A program made the position numbers and the translations under genes. This document shows, piece after piece, positions 13,326-27,364 of a DNA stretch of 64,000 bases. The notes beneath the pieces are model-generated. The model was not told where the DNA came from. It did no database searches and was given only the letters and a program-made list of their open reading frames with translations. The stretch lies in assembly GCA_030265395.1 (NCBI GenBank), contig JARFYF010000059.1:20140476-20204475 (forward strand), read 5' to 3'. How positions within the stretch are numbered: the first letter of the stretch is position 1; every line of letters begins with the position of its first letter. The stretch is from Rhina ancylostomus. Taxonomy: Eukaryota.

Positions 13326-14588
13326 ATGCTTTAATATGTTTTGGAATATCCTATTATGTTGTAAGATGTTTGATAGTTAGAAGTTCCTCCTTTTTAGTCC
13401 TTTTCATTAACCTATATGGAACTTGTATAGTGGTTTTAGATAAAAACAGAAATTTCTTCAAATGCTCAATAGGTCAATCAGCATCAGTGTTGACAGTAGC
13501 AGAGTTAACATTTCAGGTCAGTGACGTTTCATCAAGACTACTTTTTTGAGATGATTTCTATGGATAGTTCAGCTAAACAGTGCACCGAGGCAAAGCTGAG
13601 CAGCTGCCATCTTAGATTTATTTACCAAAAGTATTGACAAAAGTATTCATCAAAACTTTGCTTATTGGTGACCCATGACCATTCTCTGTAATTTCCTGAA
13701 TGAAGTAAAAGATTACTTGTGAAGGTTTATTAAATGATTTTAAGAAAATATCTTTGTAGTTATTGCTATTTTTTAAAAAATATATTAAGTTTTTACGGGA
13801 GAAACTTGTACCTGGCAGTAAAGCATGGCTTGTGCTTGTAGATTTAAGCATGAAGTTGCGACTGTTCACTGGATCTTATGGTACTTCCTCTCTGTCTCGC
13901 TTCACTTCAGGAAACTCCAGTAGACCGTCTGGAGCCTGCAGAGAGCAGATTTATTTATTTTTCTACAGCTTAAGCATATCGACAACAGCAACAGCAGAAA
14001 ACTTTCCAATAGTAAATTGGCAGTGATGCAGCTGAAGCTGAATTGATGTACTCTGTCCTGTGCCTGCCCCTAGTACTTGGCCAGCAGTTTCTTTGCCTTT
14101 TCTTAGTTTTCTATAGGCTGCTGACTCATGCAGATTTGAGATTCCATGAGCACTGCAAGCTTCTGGTGCCCTGTCTAAGGAGAGACAAAGTGTATAGGCT
14201 GGCTTGTCTACCAAGGAGGAATTGCTGCAAAATGCAATTATCTCTTTACCCAATGTACTGTTTTCAACAGTTATCACTGCACAATGACTGGGAGCAAAAT
14301 ACCATGGCGCCTTCTTTCCACCCATTACTCCCCCCTCCTCAACTACCGCAATCTCTAGTCCAGGATTTCCAAGGTCAATTGTAAGAAAGTGTCTTTCTTA
14401 CTATTCCTCTTGAGGTCAGCCATACTCCATGCCAATAAGAAATAGAATCTTTGTACAGCTTGGTTACAAACTGTTTAGTGCTCTTGCATCTGTTTGGAGA
14501 GGTGGTGAATGGTGGGATTAACCTCTCCAGTGTTTTAGTTGATCGGTTGTACTAAGGGGAAATCATTTATGATCTTTCTGGAATTTAA

Positions 14589-14831
<243 letters not shown>

Positions 14832-16636
14832 TAGGGAAACACAAAATGCAACTTGGAAAGTGTTCTCAAGACTTTACTTTCTTTTCCCACCACACATTGA
14901 TTTTTTTTCTTGATTCACCATGCTGACATTGTTCATCCTACCAGCAGTAGTATCAACCTTACCATATCTCAAGCAAGTGGGCATTCTTCTTGCGAGAGTT
15001 GTACAGTGAGTAACAGCAACATGATCCCAATCTGGGGCTCAACCAATGCTTTGACTTGCTATGTTGGCTCCACATAACGTTGGAAAAAATGTTCCCAATA
15101 ATTCCTAACAAATTTCAAGTTGCCAATGCTGTCTGATCTCAGGAGTCTACTTAATCAATTTTCCACCCATAAAAGCAAAGCCTATCAGCCCATTTCAAAC
15201 ATTCATGTCCAGAAAATTCAAACTTTACAAACCATTAAGTAGAACAGTTTCCACAACATAATTTGGAAGAATCTCTAGGACCAGATGTACCTCAAATGGC
15301 ATAGATTGGGCTCATCAACCTGCCCAGGTGAGGTGTCAGGACATATTGTGAGACTAATGCTGTGTATTCTGGGGATTAATGGTGACAGCTTCAGTGCCAG
15401 AGAGTACGACCCATTTCACTCAGCTACCTCTTTGGATCAGAGGTGTGATACTCTACATTAAAGCGCTTTCTAAAAGTATCGCATTTCGAACTGAAGCACA
15501 GAATTGGTAATAGACTTCTTTAACATTTTTAAACACTTGATTGCATGATGATTTTAATCCTAAGAAGCTGTGAGAGGTTCATGGAATGGTAAATGGGGTT
15601 CAGCCAGTTGGTAACAGTGGGGATGTGCAGTGATAAATGGGAAGGGCCTTGTGCTGTGGTATATGGTGAGTTTATAGTGCTGTGGTGCAATAAACGGGGG
15701 ATTGTGCTGATTTAGAGTGGTAACTAAGGAAGGATCATGCTGCTTTGGAGTGGTAAATAGGGTGGGGTTGTTATGTTATATAGCTGTAATGGAGGTATTG
15801 TACTCCTGTGAAGCAGTAAATGTGAAAGTGTTGTGAGTATGGGGTTATCTTGCCACATAGTTATATATAGGTAAGTTGGATTTCTCTGGTGGTAAATGGG
15901 GAGGCAGGGTATGAAGCAGTAAATGGTGAAGGGGGAGCACTGCTGTTATAGAGTGGTAAATGGTGGGGGAATTGTTCAGTGGATGGGCAGATGCATAGTG
16001 TTGGTGTGTAGTTATGCTGTGGGATAGGGGTTTTCTCTTTGTGATTATTCATGGGAGAAATGCGGAATGATGTGTGGAGTGAATTCCCCAGACTAGTCTG
16101 TGCAATTGCTGGGAAAAGTCAGAGACGGATTGTTATATTAAGCTACTTCAGCTGGATTAGGCAAGTGGCCAGCTCACACTCTTAAAAATGTATTTTAATT
16201 TAAGAAAAACAAAAATGCAGTCTTAAATAAGGAGTCTTCTATAAATTTGATTTTCCTCTCCTTTATTTTGTTAGCTTTATTTTTAGATTTGGTTATAAAA
16301 CAGAAATTTTGAAGTGCATTGTAGCCTGGAACATCTCATAAATGGTGATGTTCTATGGTGGGAGAACCAGCAATTCAAAAGCAGTCTTGGCAGAAGTTGG
16401 AACGTTGGCACTCAAATAGTTAAATCCTGTAGGACTGTGGATGCCTTTTGGCGTCACTGCCCACTGCAGGCTCCAGGCTCCCCAGACGTCAGTAGTGCAG
16501 CTGTGTAGAGTGCGTGCAGGCAGGAACACGTTACCTCACCATGGCACTGTGTATTCAATGAATGAATTCAGACTCAATGTCTGATAACATCACTTTCCCA
16601 TAATATAATCACTTTCTTTTCCCACCCTTCATTGGA

Positions 16637-16640
<4 letters not shown>

Positions 16641-16676
<36 letters not shown>
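16641..16676. repeat. (TG)18 microsatellite
   Basis: Perfect dinucleotide run. Confidence 0.97.
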
Positions 16677-16680
<4 letters not shown>

Positions 16681-17589
16681 TATTTGTGGTGTGGATAGTG
16701 TTGATGGGGGTATGGAGCAGGGTGTGAAGTATTAATTTTACAAGTCTTTGAATGTTCTGCATTCATGGAATGCTGCTGAATTGAAACCTGTCAAGGGCCA
16801 CAATGTGGAGTATGATAAGATAATATACTCCTATTTTTTGTTGAGCATTTTCTTCTTCTCTGCTGTCTAATATGGTCCTCCTGTACACTGTTCACATACT
16901 TTCCCACCATTCCATTCAGCTGACCCTTCAGCTGCTTGGGCATTACTCTCCAGCACTTTTTGCTTATTCTCCACTCTTTGCTATTTCTCTTGCACATTTT
17001 CAAATGCGTTTGTCTGGCCTTTAATATAATCTGCTAACTCCTGTACAGGTTAGGCATAAACTGGCTTGTGCCCTCTTGAATAAAGTATATAATAAAGGCT
17101 TTATGTTTCCCCTTTAGCTCTAAAAGTAGATCTAGCTATAGGCTATAATTTTCATACCTCTAGTCAATTTCTTGTAATCCTGTGAAGAAGTTCAGGAGGA
17201 GAAAGGACTGTTGGGGCCAGCTTCACACTGGTATTTTACCTTTCCTCTTACTCTCGATTAACCCTGAAATGTCTTAGCGCTAGTAGGATGAAATGATTCC
17301 TTCCACCATAACCCGTCTTCTCCCACCCCTTGTCCCACTCCTCTCCACTCACCCTGTTATCATGTATATGCAGCCTGAGTATTTCTCTTCCAATTTTCTA
17401 AACTTGGAGTAAGTACAATTATTTGCAGGTAAACTCCCCCAGGGACTAATAATTAAAATATACGTAGGGTGATATTTTACCTTGACGTGGTCAACAGCAA
17501 GGTTTACCAGTAAATAGTTAAATCACTCTACGTGTCTGTATCATTCCATCATTCTTAAACTCCTAGGGCAGAGACAGTGTTGTGATGTT

Positions 17590-17845
17590 GGCCTGAATTC
17601 TCCATTGATGTGCTGGTGGGTCCTGGTAGAACTGTGAACATCTATCTTCATAATTGTTTGGAAGTTTGGTACCCATATGGAATATGGAAGCACATATGGA
17701 AGCATCAGTCTTCCATATAGCTGATCACTGATGATTTCCAATTGAGCTCCGATGTAGGACTTCTGGTGGAATCCAGTGGCAGAGCACAAATTCCCACACA
17801 TTTCTCAGCTGTTACGCTGGGTAATCTGCCCACTGAACTTAGGCC
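17590..17845. mobile_element. Candidate non-autonomous DNA element (MITE-like), 256 bp
   Basis: Imperfect TIRs GGCCTGAATTC / GAACTTAGGCC, flanked on both sides by ATGTT (17585-17589 and 17846-17850). Confidence 0.55.
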
Positions 17846-20099
17846 ATGTTAGACTGTGTAAATTGAGTCAGCCCCTTCATTTGAATAGAGAAGAGTGGCT
17901 GTAGGAGAAAGATAATTCCGGTGAATTTAGAGTGGCAGGAGAGCCAGTAAACCAAGGCCAAATATTTAAGATAATTGGCAAAATAACCAAAGTGAGGAAA
18001 ATATCTTTATGTAATGTTTTGATATAAAAGGTTGGTAAAAGTAGATTTAATAACAACATTCAAAATGGAACCAAATAAATATTTGAAAAATAAAAAATAG
18101 TGTGTTTTGAGGGAAAGATTAGAGGAGTAGGACCAAACAGATAACTTTCCCTAAGAACCTTCATCAGTTGCAGCTCCTTACCATTTCAGCTGAGATCCAC
18201 TAACTCGGCAGAGAACAAGGAGCAAGTCTGTGACCTTCCTGATCTCTAAGGCATAACCTAAGGATGTAACTTTGCTGCCCATATTCCAATTCACACCGAG
18301 TCCCAGTGATCCTACTGGACCAGTGCTTGCTTACTCACTTGGGCACTCAATAAATTAGTGGCTCGTATTTAATATTCTCAACAAAATCTTTTCGTTCATT
18401 TCTATGTAACCTGTAAATCCTAACCTCTTTCAGCTTCTCAACCCTCCAACAAATCAATGTTCCATAATTATGGTTTCATGCATTTTGATTTTCTTGTTCC
18501 TGAGTAACGACACCTGCAGAATTTTATATTGGCTTACTCATTAGGGAGTTACGTAGCCCAACAATGCAAGAGAACTGAATAAGCATTAGGAATTCAAAGT
18601 CAATTAGGCCACGTGCTTTAGTGGATGTGTCATTTCAACAGTGTGTGTGACTTTCAGCTCCTTTGCACTGTAATATGCAACAATTCCTCCCAGCCAATTC
18701 CCTTGATAGTTTTGTCAGTCTTCACCAAGCAAAGTGAAAAAAAATTCAAACAAATCAGCAAAAAAAGACTGAGGAAAGAGCTTGCAAATCCTATCTCTGG
18801 TCTTGCTTTACATCTCTTTACTTTAAGATGCTATGCTTGTCTATATTGCTGACTGTGGGACTTTGGAATTTTCTTTTGCAAAGCACTTAACAAAACAATT
18901 CTTTAATAATCCAATGACTGGGTAATGAATCATCCAGAGTACTAACGGCTGGGGCTGTGAAGTTTTGCATAGGGAATTGCTATCCGCCTATAAGAATGAA
19001 TGCTTGGATCTGCTGCAAATATGTCTCTGTGTGTTGGTTGCCGAAGACTAGTGCAAACAGCACTTAATCATTTGGAAACTCTTGGCTGCACTATGACAAA
19101 TGTATGAATGCAATGTAAATTTATGCTGAATGTTGGTCTTCAGGATTTTAGCTATAATTTCTGCTTCCTTCACACCTCTCTCTGAAGGTCAAAGTGATGG
19201 GGATTGATCCGAATCTCCTGTCATTTCTGTAAGCATTGCTGTCATTTTTGCCATGGTTTTAATATTTTGAACTAGCTTCATGTCCGGTCCCCCCCACTGC
19301 CACTGTGACGATCAGCTTCCCCGAACACTGAAAATGTTGATGTCAATCCCAGGTCTCTAGAGATTAACAGGCCAAGAACAATCAAAGAATATGATCTTTG
19401 GTTTGATAACTAGGCATATTTGGCCACTGTTAATCTCATTCATTGGATGTGAAACTCTTTGGAAGGTTGTGAAGGTGTGATAAAGTGCAAGTTCTTCCAT
19501 TCACAACTTCAGAGCTGGCTATCATTGATTTCAGTTGGGCAGCATGTAAAATTTGAACATTTGATTTATTCCTACCTCATTCAGGAAAGAGCAGAAAATT
19601 TGGACAAAAAAACTGGAAAATTCTACTGCTTAAAAATTAGATGCAACCTATTTTAAGTGCACCAAAGCACTAGTGCTAAATTGAGTCCCACTCAAAAAAT
19701 TGTGAACTTGTCAAAAGCAGGTTTGAAACAGTTTTAGAGTAGTTTATAATGTGAATCAAGCTTTAAAATGGAACTTAAGAGGTTCCCAACAGGATCACGG
19801 TAAATTCAGGGCCACTGTTGATGCTTTGTTGCCACGACAATGTGCCATAAAGGCATACTCCCATGGCAGCCAGACCAGATATCAGCATACATCGTGGCTG
19901 CCATGAGGAGAGTGAGAAGTTGCAGAGAAGGAGAGCACACCTAGGTTCACTGACATAAGCACAGAAGTTCCAATCAGTGAGATTGGTGCCTGAGGGAGAT
20001 CCTGTTCACCAGTTGGGTGGGGGTTGTGGGGAGGAGTGGGGTTATGCACCAGGAGGTCTGCCGGGGCTGCTATTTGATGATTCTGGCAGGAGGCAACTA

Positions 20100-20760
20100 G
20101 AATTGTCTCTTTCAGGAATGGGAAAGACTGGAATATGAGGGACGTGGCATGGTGAGATGAAACATCGATGTTGTCCATTCTCTAAGAGCCCGTTGATGTA
20201 GGGGATTGAAAGCTGCAAGAATAGGTTGGGGAACAATGGTCGCAGGTCCAGAGTTCAGACTCTCTCAGGGAGGAGGAGTCATGGATGCTGCCAGAAAACA
20301 AGACATTTATGATCAAGAAATTCTTCATATGATTGATGATCACTTGTATGTTAAGGGAAATCCTTTCTATTGATGAAAAACCCTGGTTTATTGGTGGAAC
20401 TCTTGAGGAGTGAGCAGTCAATGCTGCTTGTGCTTGCTGGAAACCAGCAGGGCTGGCAAATCTCAATGCCTGAGATACCATCTTCTCACTGAAATCAAAG
20501 TAGGTGAATTCGTACCCTTGGGAAGAGAGAGCCCACATGACCTCTCTGAAACTGCAGTGAACAAAAAATTGAGAATAAGCAGAGATCTGGTGCTGCCACC
20601 TGGAATGATTCAGGAAGCTGAGGGTCTCTGTGACATGGACCTTCATGGAGGGAGCAGTCAAGGTTTGAGAGTGTGCCAAATGTCATCCCAGAAGCGAGAG
20701 GCAACTGCCGTAGAAAACTTGCACTTCCAAATGCATTGTACACCCAGGTAGGACGTGCTG
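20100..20760 (-). mobile_element. Decayed PIF/Harbinger (HARBI1-like) DDE transposase
   Basis: ORF 20182..20679 reads SQFFVHCSFREVMWAL...FASPAGFQQAQAALTAH...SLNIQVIINH...FSGSIHDSSSLRES. This is colinear with the Harbinger motifs SQSxVxxCIREVTxAL, AGFPxVxGAIDCTH, HSxNVQxxCD and FPGSxHDSxILRxS. Confidence 0.8.
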
Positions 20761-21719
20761 TTTCTGAAGACTCGTGAGGTCTTCTACCCTCCCTGAGTGC
20801 CCTGCCTCACCTATCCTGAAGTCTTCAGTAATGGAGTCCTGTCATCACTGAAGCATCCATTGAAGGAACAGCTCAGCAGCTGAATGTTGCAAAACATAGG
20901 CATTGTTATAACACACACACAAGAACAGTCACTTGTGAAACTACCCAGTCAGGTCTCCTGATGTCAATGAAAGGCATCCCTTAAACAAAGAAAAAGGCAA
21001 GAAATCAGTGCAATGTTCTTCAAGTTCTGCTGAGACATTTGCACAACAGTCATTGTGTGGAGCTCTGAACTTCAATTTACTGATGAAATTGTGAATTGCA
21101 GAAATTACAATGCCAATACATTTGTGCCTAGTGCCAGGAAATGGTCAGGAGCACTAATGTGGATCGCAACCAGATGTGCCTCATCCATTTTCATGATTGG
21201 CACAAATCAGTTTTGGATCACATAGTGCTTATGAAGCTATTGTTATATAATCGCATTTCCAGACATATCTCCAAACTTATAGTGCAGTGAATTAGCTTTT
21301 TGTACTTTAGACTCAGATTAATGGGACAAGTGTGTTCCCTGTAATATATGTGAGTATCTAACATAAATTAACTGAATGGTTAGTCATTCCGAATTTGCAG
21401 CTGGTATCATAGGGCAACCCTTCTGAGAATTCTATGATGAGAGGGCCGTAAGAATGGTTGTAAAGGATGGTCTCCTAAGCCATCCATTAATATCTAGTTA
21501 AGGCAGTGCATACAAATCTGCATCTAAGCTTTCCTATGTCCATCCTGGGTATTCCCATTATTAACCCTTCATTCACACTTTGGAAAAGTTGTGCATTCCA
21601 CCACACTCCTATCCCTAACACTCCCATCCTGTGAGTGGATTGGAGGTTTAATAATCAAATCTGAGACATAATACATCATTGAAGAAGGTCATTCAACTCG
21701 TACTCCCAGTTTTTAAATT

Positions 21720-22100
21720 TCTTATTAGGGGATGTGGCAAGACCAGGATTTATTATTGATCCCTGATTACCCATGAGAACATGCCCATGATGGTGAGCTG
21801 CCTTCTTGAACCACTGCAGTCCATTTGGTACATTCAATGCTGTTAAGCAGCGAATTCCAGAGTTTAGATGCAGAAATGATGAAGAAACAACAATATATTT
21901 TTAAAATCAGGACAGTGTATCTCAGAGGGGAACTTATGGTCGATTTTCCATGTGCCTGCTGCTCTTGTCTCAAGTGATAGAGGTCACAGATTTGGGAATT
22001 GTTATTGAAAATGCCTCGGCAAGTAATTGTAGTACATTTTGCAGATGGTGCATTTACAGCTCATAATGTGCCCATGATGGTGGGGATGTTTGTTTAGAGT
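21720..22100 (-). mobile_element. Old LINE 3' end (same family as 7320-9390)
   Basis: Minus-strand peptide SASKLWNSLLNS; nucleotide motif ggtgagctgccttcttgaaccactgcagtcc. Confidence 0.65.
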
Positions 22101-25100
22101 AATGAGCAAAGTATTTTTACTAATACTAGCACTTCAACTGGAAATACCTATTCTATTCCCATTATTCCTGAACTTTCCTTGAACTGTTTATATTCTTTTT
22201 AAATGCTTATCCAGTTTCCCTTTAAATAATCTTAAAGTCTTCATCTCATAGCTGCTTGTGGTAAAGCATTCCACATTTTAATAACCATCTGTGTGGGGAA
22301 AAGAAAACATTCCTCAAGCTTTCCTCTTCATTCTTCTAAAATTTTGGAGTGGATTCCTTTCAAAGAATTCCCTCTCGGCCATCTGTTTCCTTGCATATAT
22401 GTTATTGAAAATATTCCAGGGAGTGCATTTGCTTTCCTCTGTGTTCTGTTCCATGAGCACAAGAGTATTTTAGTATGTAGCAAAGGGTGAGAATGGAGAG
22501 AATATTCAAATATTGCTGCCAGTGGTGGCTCAGTTTCTAAGTGTATTACTCATGTACAGTCTTCACTTTCCTCTACTTAAGAGAGTTAAATGGTACCCAA
22601 TTTCTCTCACACCCGGAGTTTAGTAACCCTGCGGTAGAGGGTGTAACTAAAATGCTGGCATTCCTCTCTTAAAGATTCCCTTTGTCTGTAGGACTATAGA
22701 GAACAAGGTTGGCATTCCTTCTGGATTCCCTAAGCTTGAACTCCAACCTCAAATTGTCTTTTGTCCCCTTGTTAGTGGATGACTCCCATCTCCCTTTGAT
22801 GCAAATATTGCTTTGCTCTTCCTCATCCTGTCTCCTTGCCCCCCTCCCTCACATTTCTATCTGACCATTTCCCCCTTCCCTTAAAGATCCAGAGACCACA
22901 TAATTTAGTCTAAATTTCACAATGACAGAGCTAATGGAGAAAGTGCTTTTGTGCAAGCTAAGTGTGAAAGTCCTGTTCCGTCAAACACAACTTGGGCTTC
23001 ATGCACAACAGAGCTGAGTTGCTGAGGAGCCACAGTGGGTCCCCTGCACATATTTTTAAGTGATATGCAATTTAGTGCTCTGGATATCTTGCTGAATTTA
23101 CATGTAGGGCTTCAGTGGACTACAGCCTGGAGCTCAGGGTGTAGCTTCTGTCCTAATGAGCTTCAGGAACAATGTATTTGTCTTTTGGAGGGTAATATCT
23201 AGCTTTGGTTAGGATTTCAAAACAGACATATTATTACTTGCTCCAAATGTTTGGAACACAGAGGGTTTTAGGTTGCTTGTGTTCTGCCAGTTTTCCCAGA
23301 GGAGCCTTGTTCTTGTCTGCACCTATGTAGTCAGCTGTGGCAGTTTAGTAACAGGTGGAGGTTCTTTTGGATCCTCCCACCTGTGAAATTTTAGGGAATT
23401 AAGTGGAAGAAAATGTGTTCCCTGTACANNNNNNNNNNNNNCTGAAGAAGTGTTTATTTCATTTCCCCTGATTTTTTTTCTACAATATCATTGAGAATCA
23501 GCTTAGTGTTATTTACAGGCTGAATCATGACTGTACATAAACATCTTGCTTGTGTTGAAAGACACACAAACAGCTGCCGGCCACATACCATTCATTACCA
23601 GAGTTGCTTTGGAAACCACCAATACTTTTGTTGTGCACAGGGGCCAGGTGGCACAATGTGTTCCAGCACTTTTACTCCTGGGCATTGAATTTATGGCCAA
23701 CAAGCTCAGCCAGGTAAGATGGAGCATGACTAGTGAAATGCATTCATGTCTGGTAATAAGTGAGCAATATATTTGTCTTTGAGATGATACTATCTAGCTC
23801 TGCTAGGATTTCAAAGCAGATATTTTATTTCTTGTTCCAAATGTTTGAAATACAGGGGGTTTCTAGGTTGCTTGTGTTCTGCCTAAATGGATAAATCACC
23901 AAGGTAGTGAAAAACTAAGGAGGGATTAATTAGATCAAATGGTTCAGAACAGTAAAGGGGCCTATGTATTCTTGAAGAAACAGCCCAAGAAATTGCTCAG
24001 ACCCTTTACGATACTTTAACAGTCCTTGCATTGAGTTAATCTCCACAGTCACATGAAGATTAGCCAGTTTGAACACAGTGGTTTAAGGCTGCTGCCACCC
24101 AGGGAGCTGCATGTTGGGAACCAATACCCTCTAAAGAGGAGGAAAGGTCATATTGGAGGGATAGATTTGATCTATTGTAGATTTGCTTGTTTGTAGTTGT
24201 TAGCTGGAAGATTGTCTAGTATTTTTAGTACAGTTTACAAGTTTCTAACTTTGTGAAATCTGTGCCCATTAAGATGACACAATGGAATGGAGAATTTTAT
24301 GTTTTATCAGTGCCAACAGCAACAATTCAAGGCAAGGTGCAAAGTTGTCAGATGCAGAATCAAAATTTTTGTATTCTGCATTAATATGGGTGTATGGTAC
24401 TATAATATCCATATGGTACTGGGTAGGGTATAAGGCGTCTACTGTGCTGTATCAGTGGTATTGTTGTCAGGTATATGGTTCTAGAAATTCTAGTGCAGCC
24501 ATGCTATGAACACTAGATGGTCATAACTGTAGTGTGCCCACAACCAAGGCCCTCAGGTGCAACAGAAAGGTTGCGGCATTGTACCGAGGTCATGCTTTGG
24601 AGGATGGGGGGAATTGTGGGGAGAGATTCCACTGATTGTGGCCTGAAGTTGGGTAGGTGAGCAAAATAAGTGTCAAAGGTAGGGGTAGGGTTGTAGTTTA
24701 TTGGAAAGCAAGGTCAGGGTTAGGAGTTGCTGGGGGGTGTAGCAAAGGTTTTAGATGCATAGGATCAGGGTTGGGTTTTGGTTCGAGATGGAGATTGAGG
24801 CTTTCATTGTGGCTTTTGGCTGATTGAGGACTGGGGATAAGATTGAAAGATTGGGACTGAGATAAATGGAACAAGAGGGAGATCAGTGGGTTAGGGCCAG
24901 GATCTAGGGATGGGAATGGGAGGAAGATCATTTTGTTCAGGAGCTACAGGGACCCAAAGGATCAGTTGGAGGAATGGGGCTTATCTCAGTAGAATCCTGG
25001 TCCAACATTGCTTTGTGAAGCATTTGTAGTCCTCGGTGTACAGAATAGTGAAAGAAGCATTGTACAGGGAGTGACATTGTTTTTTTACATTCTGACTCAG

Positions 25101-25665
25101 AAGTTACATCTGGTGTACAAGGATATATCATGGCTAGAAGTGCCCAGTGAATTTCTGACAATGCAATCTAAACTGAATGATTGTCATCATGTTCCACTCC
25201 AGAAGAAAATATAGTTTTAGCTGCATATTGCTGAAAAAATTGTTGCTGCACCTCCAAATTTCCAGGCCATGTGTTTGAGAAGGAGGAATGTGGTTCTACA
25301 GAGGTATTTGTGATTCTGTAGATATGGTTCTATAGTGGGGGCAAGTTGTTTGTAATTGAGGAGTATGTTTCTGTGGGAGGTGTGGTTCTTTAGTTGCAGA
25401 TATCGTTCTCTGCTAGGGAATGCTGTTCTGTGAGTACATGGCTATGGGGTATGGTATGGTTCTGTAGTGGAGGATTTGGCTGGGGGGTGGCTGTCACTTT
25501 GTAGTGGTAGATATAGTTCTTTGAAGACAGGGTTCAGGTGGTTATTGCACTATAAAGGACCTGGTTCTGTGTAGGTGTGTTGTGGTTCTGGAGGGAGGAG
25601 ATGCGGTTTAGTCACAGTGGATATGGTAAAGAAGCTGCTAATGAACAACATAAAGCAGTGATTAA

Positions 25666-25782
<117 letters not shown>

Positions 25783-27238
25783 TAAGTTTTGGGCTCCATT
25801 AGCAGTTGCACAATACAGTCACTGGTTAACAATCACCCTGAATGTAATGATAACTACAAAGAGATTTAGATTTGAATGGCAATGTAAAAGGAATGGGCTC
25901 CTTGTGTATTTTTTTCCTCTTTTTTTGATTATTGCCTTTAATCATTATTTAAACCTATTTTTCCCTATTTTTTGATTAAGTACAAGATTCTTTGCTGATG
26001 TCCCAAGCTGCAGTATTTGTATTTCACTAATCATGAAAGTTCCTCATTCTTTAACCTTTCAATATTAACTATCCTCAGAATGTGTTTGACAGTAGCAAGG
26101 TCTCAGGTATTACCCTCGCGTATTATGATTTGATTGCCTTACCAGGCCATTCCAGAAAGCATTAACAGTGAATCATGTCATCCACAAATACACTCATGTC
26201 AAAGTAGCAAGCTGACTTCTGTGGTGTTACCAACAAACTACCACATTTATTGAATTCATAAGTTATCATTTTGAGATTTGATTCAAGATCACAAGCTCAC
26301 ATGTTTCGCCCAATAATCCAGCCTTCATTTGTATACATGCACTTGCTATCATCTCTAAATAGGCTACCAACTGTTTGTGAGACATTCTTGAGGATGATTT
26401 TCCTTAACATTCAGTTTTGAGGAGAGGGAAGACATCCCACTCCTGATTACTTGCAAAAATGTAGATGTAGGTTTGATTGCGTCTTCACCCAATCTCTGGT
26501 GCATTCCTTGATAGAAAATATAGTTTGTGTATATGGTCAATAGTTATAAGTGCAAAATGACAACCCAACAGGTTCCTTTATGGTACACCAACAAAATTCA
26601 GTGCTTTAAATGGGTGAGAAATATGCTACTAAGACATGCTGCCCAGGCAATTTGCATACAGACACCTAGAAGGAGGCTTTGCTTCCCTCAGTCTGGTCTG
26701 AATTTAAACCAAAGACCCTCAAGGTATTAATTCACTAATTTATCCATATTCCCAAATGATATGTACTAATCCATTTTCCTATTAATATAGCCCAGGGGAA
26801 AGAATTTTATTTATAATGAATCCAATGATAAGCCTAACATTTTTCATCTGATGCTGGAGCCTGCTGTTTCTTCTCTGACTATCTCACTTGCATCTCCATG
26901 ACCAAAGGTGGACATATATTCTAAGTGGGTTTAATGAGATCACTGTTTTCTTTGAACATTGCACTCCTTTAGCCTGAATAAGAATTTCTGACTTTATGGT
27001 TCAGTATTTTGTTGCTTTGTTGATTGCTGTTCTGTGCCAATGGATTGAGTTCATTAATAGTCCTAGACCCAACTGCTTCATCCTAATGTCTTTTGTATCC
27101 ATATTTCTTCCTATGCGCAGGACTTGTTATAGTTTTGCNNNNNNNNNNNNNNNNNNNNNNNNNNNNNNNNNNNNNNNNNNNNNNNNNNNNNNNNNNNNNN
27201 NNNNNNNNNNNNNNNNNNNNNNNNNNNNNNNNNNNNNN

Positions 27239-27352
27239 CTAATTAGATATCTGTCTATCTCCTCCTTGAATGCACCCAATGATCTGGCCTCCACTACTGT
27301 ACGTGGCAAGGAATTTCATAAACTCACTACCCTCTGGCTGAAAAAATTTCTC
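27239..27352 (-). mobile_element. 5'-truncated CR1 fragment, antisense to MORN1, abutting the exon 7 copy
   Basis: Minus strand encodes the CR1 ORF2 C-terminal motif RNFFSQRVVSL*NSLPRTVVEARSLGAFKEEIDRYLI. Its 3' UTR would lie in the gap 27139-27238. Confidence 0.88.
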
Positions 27353-27364
27353 AGATACATTGAG

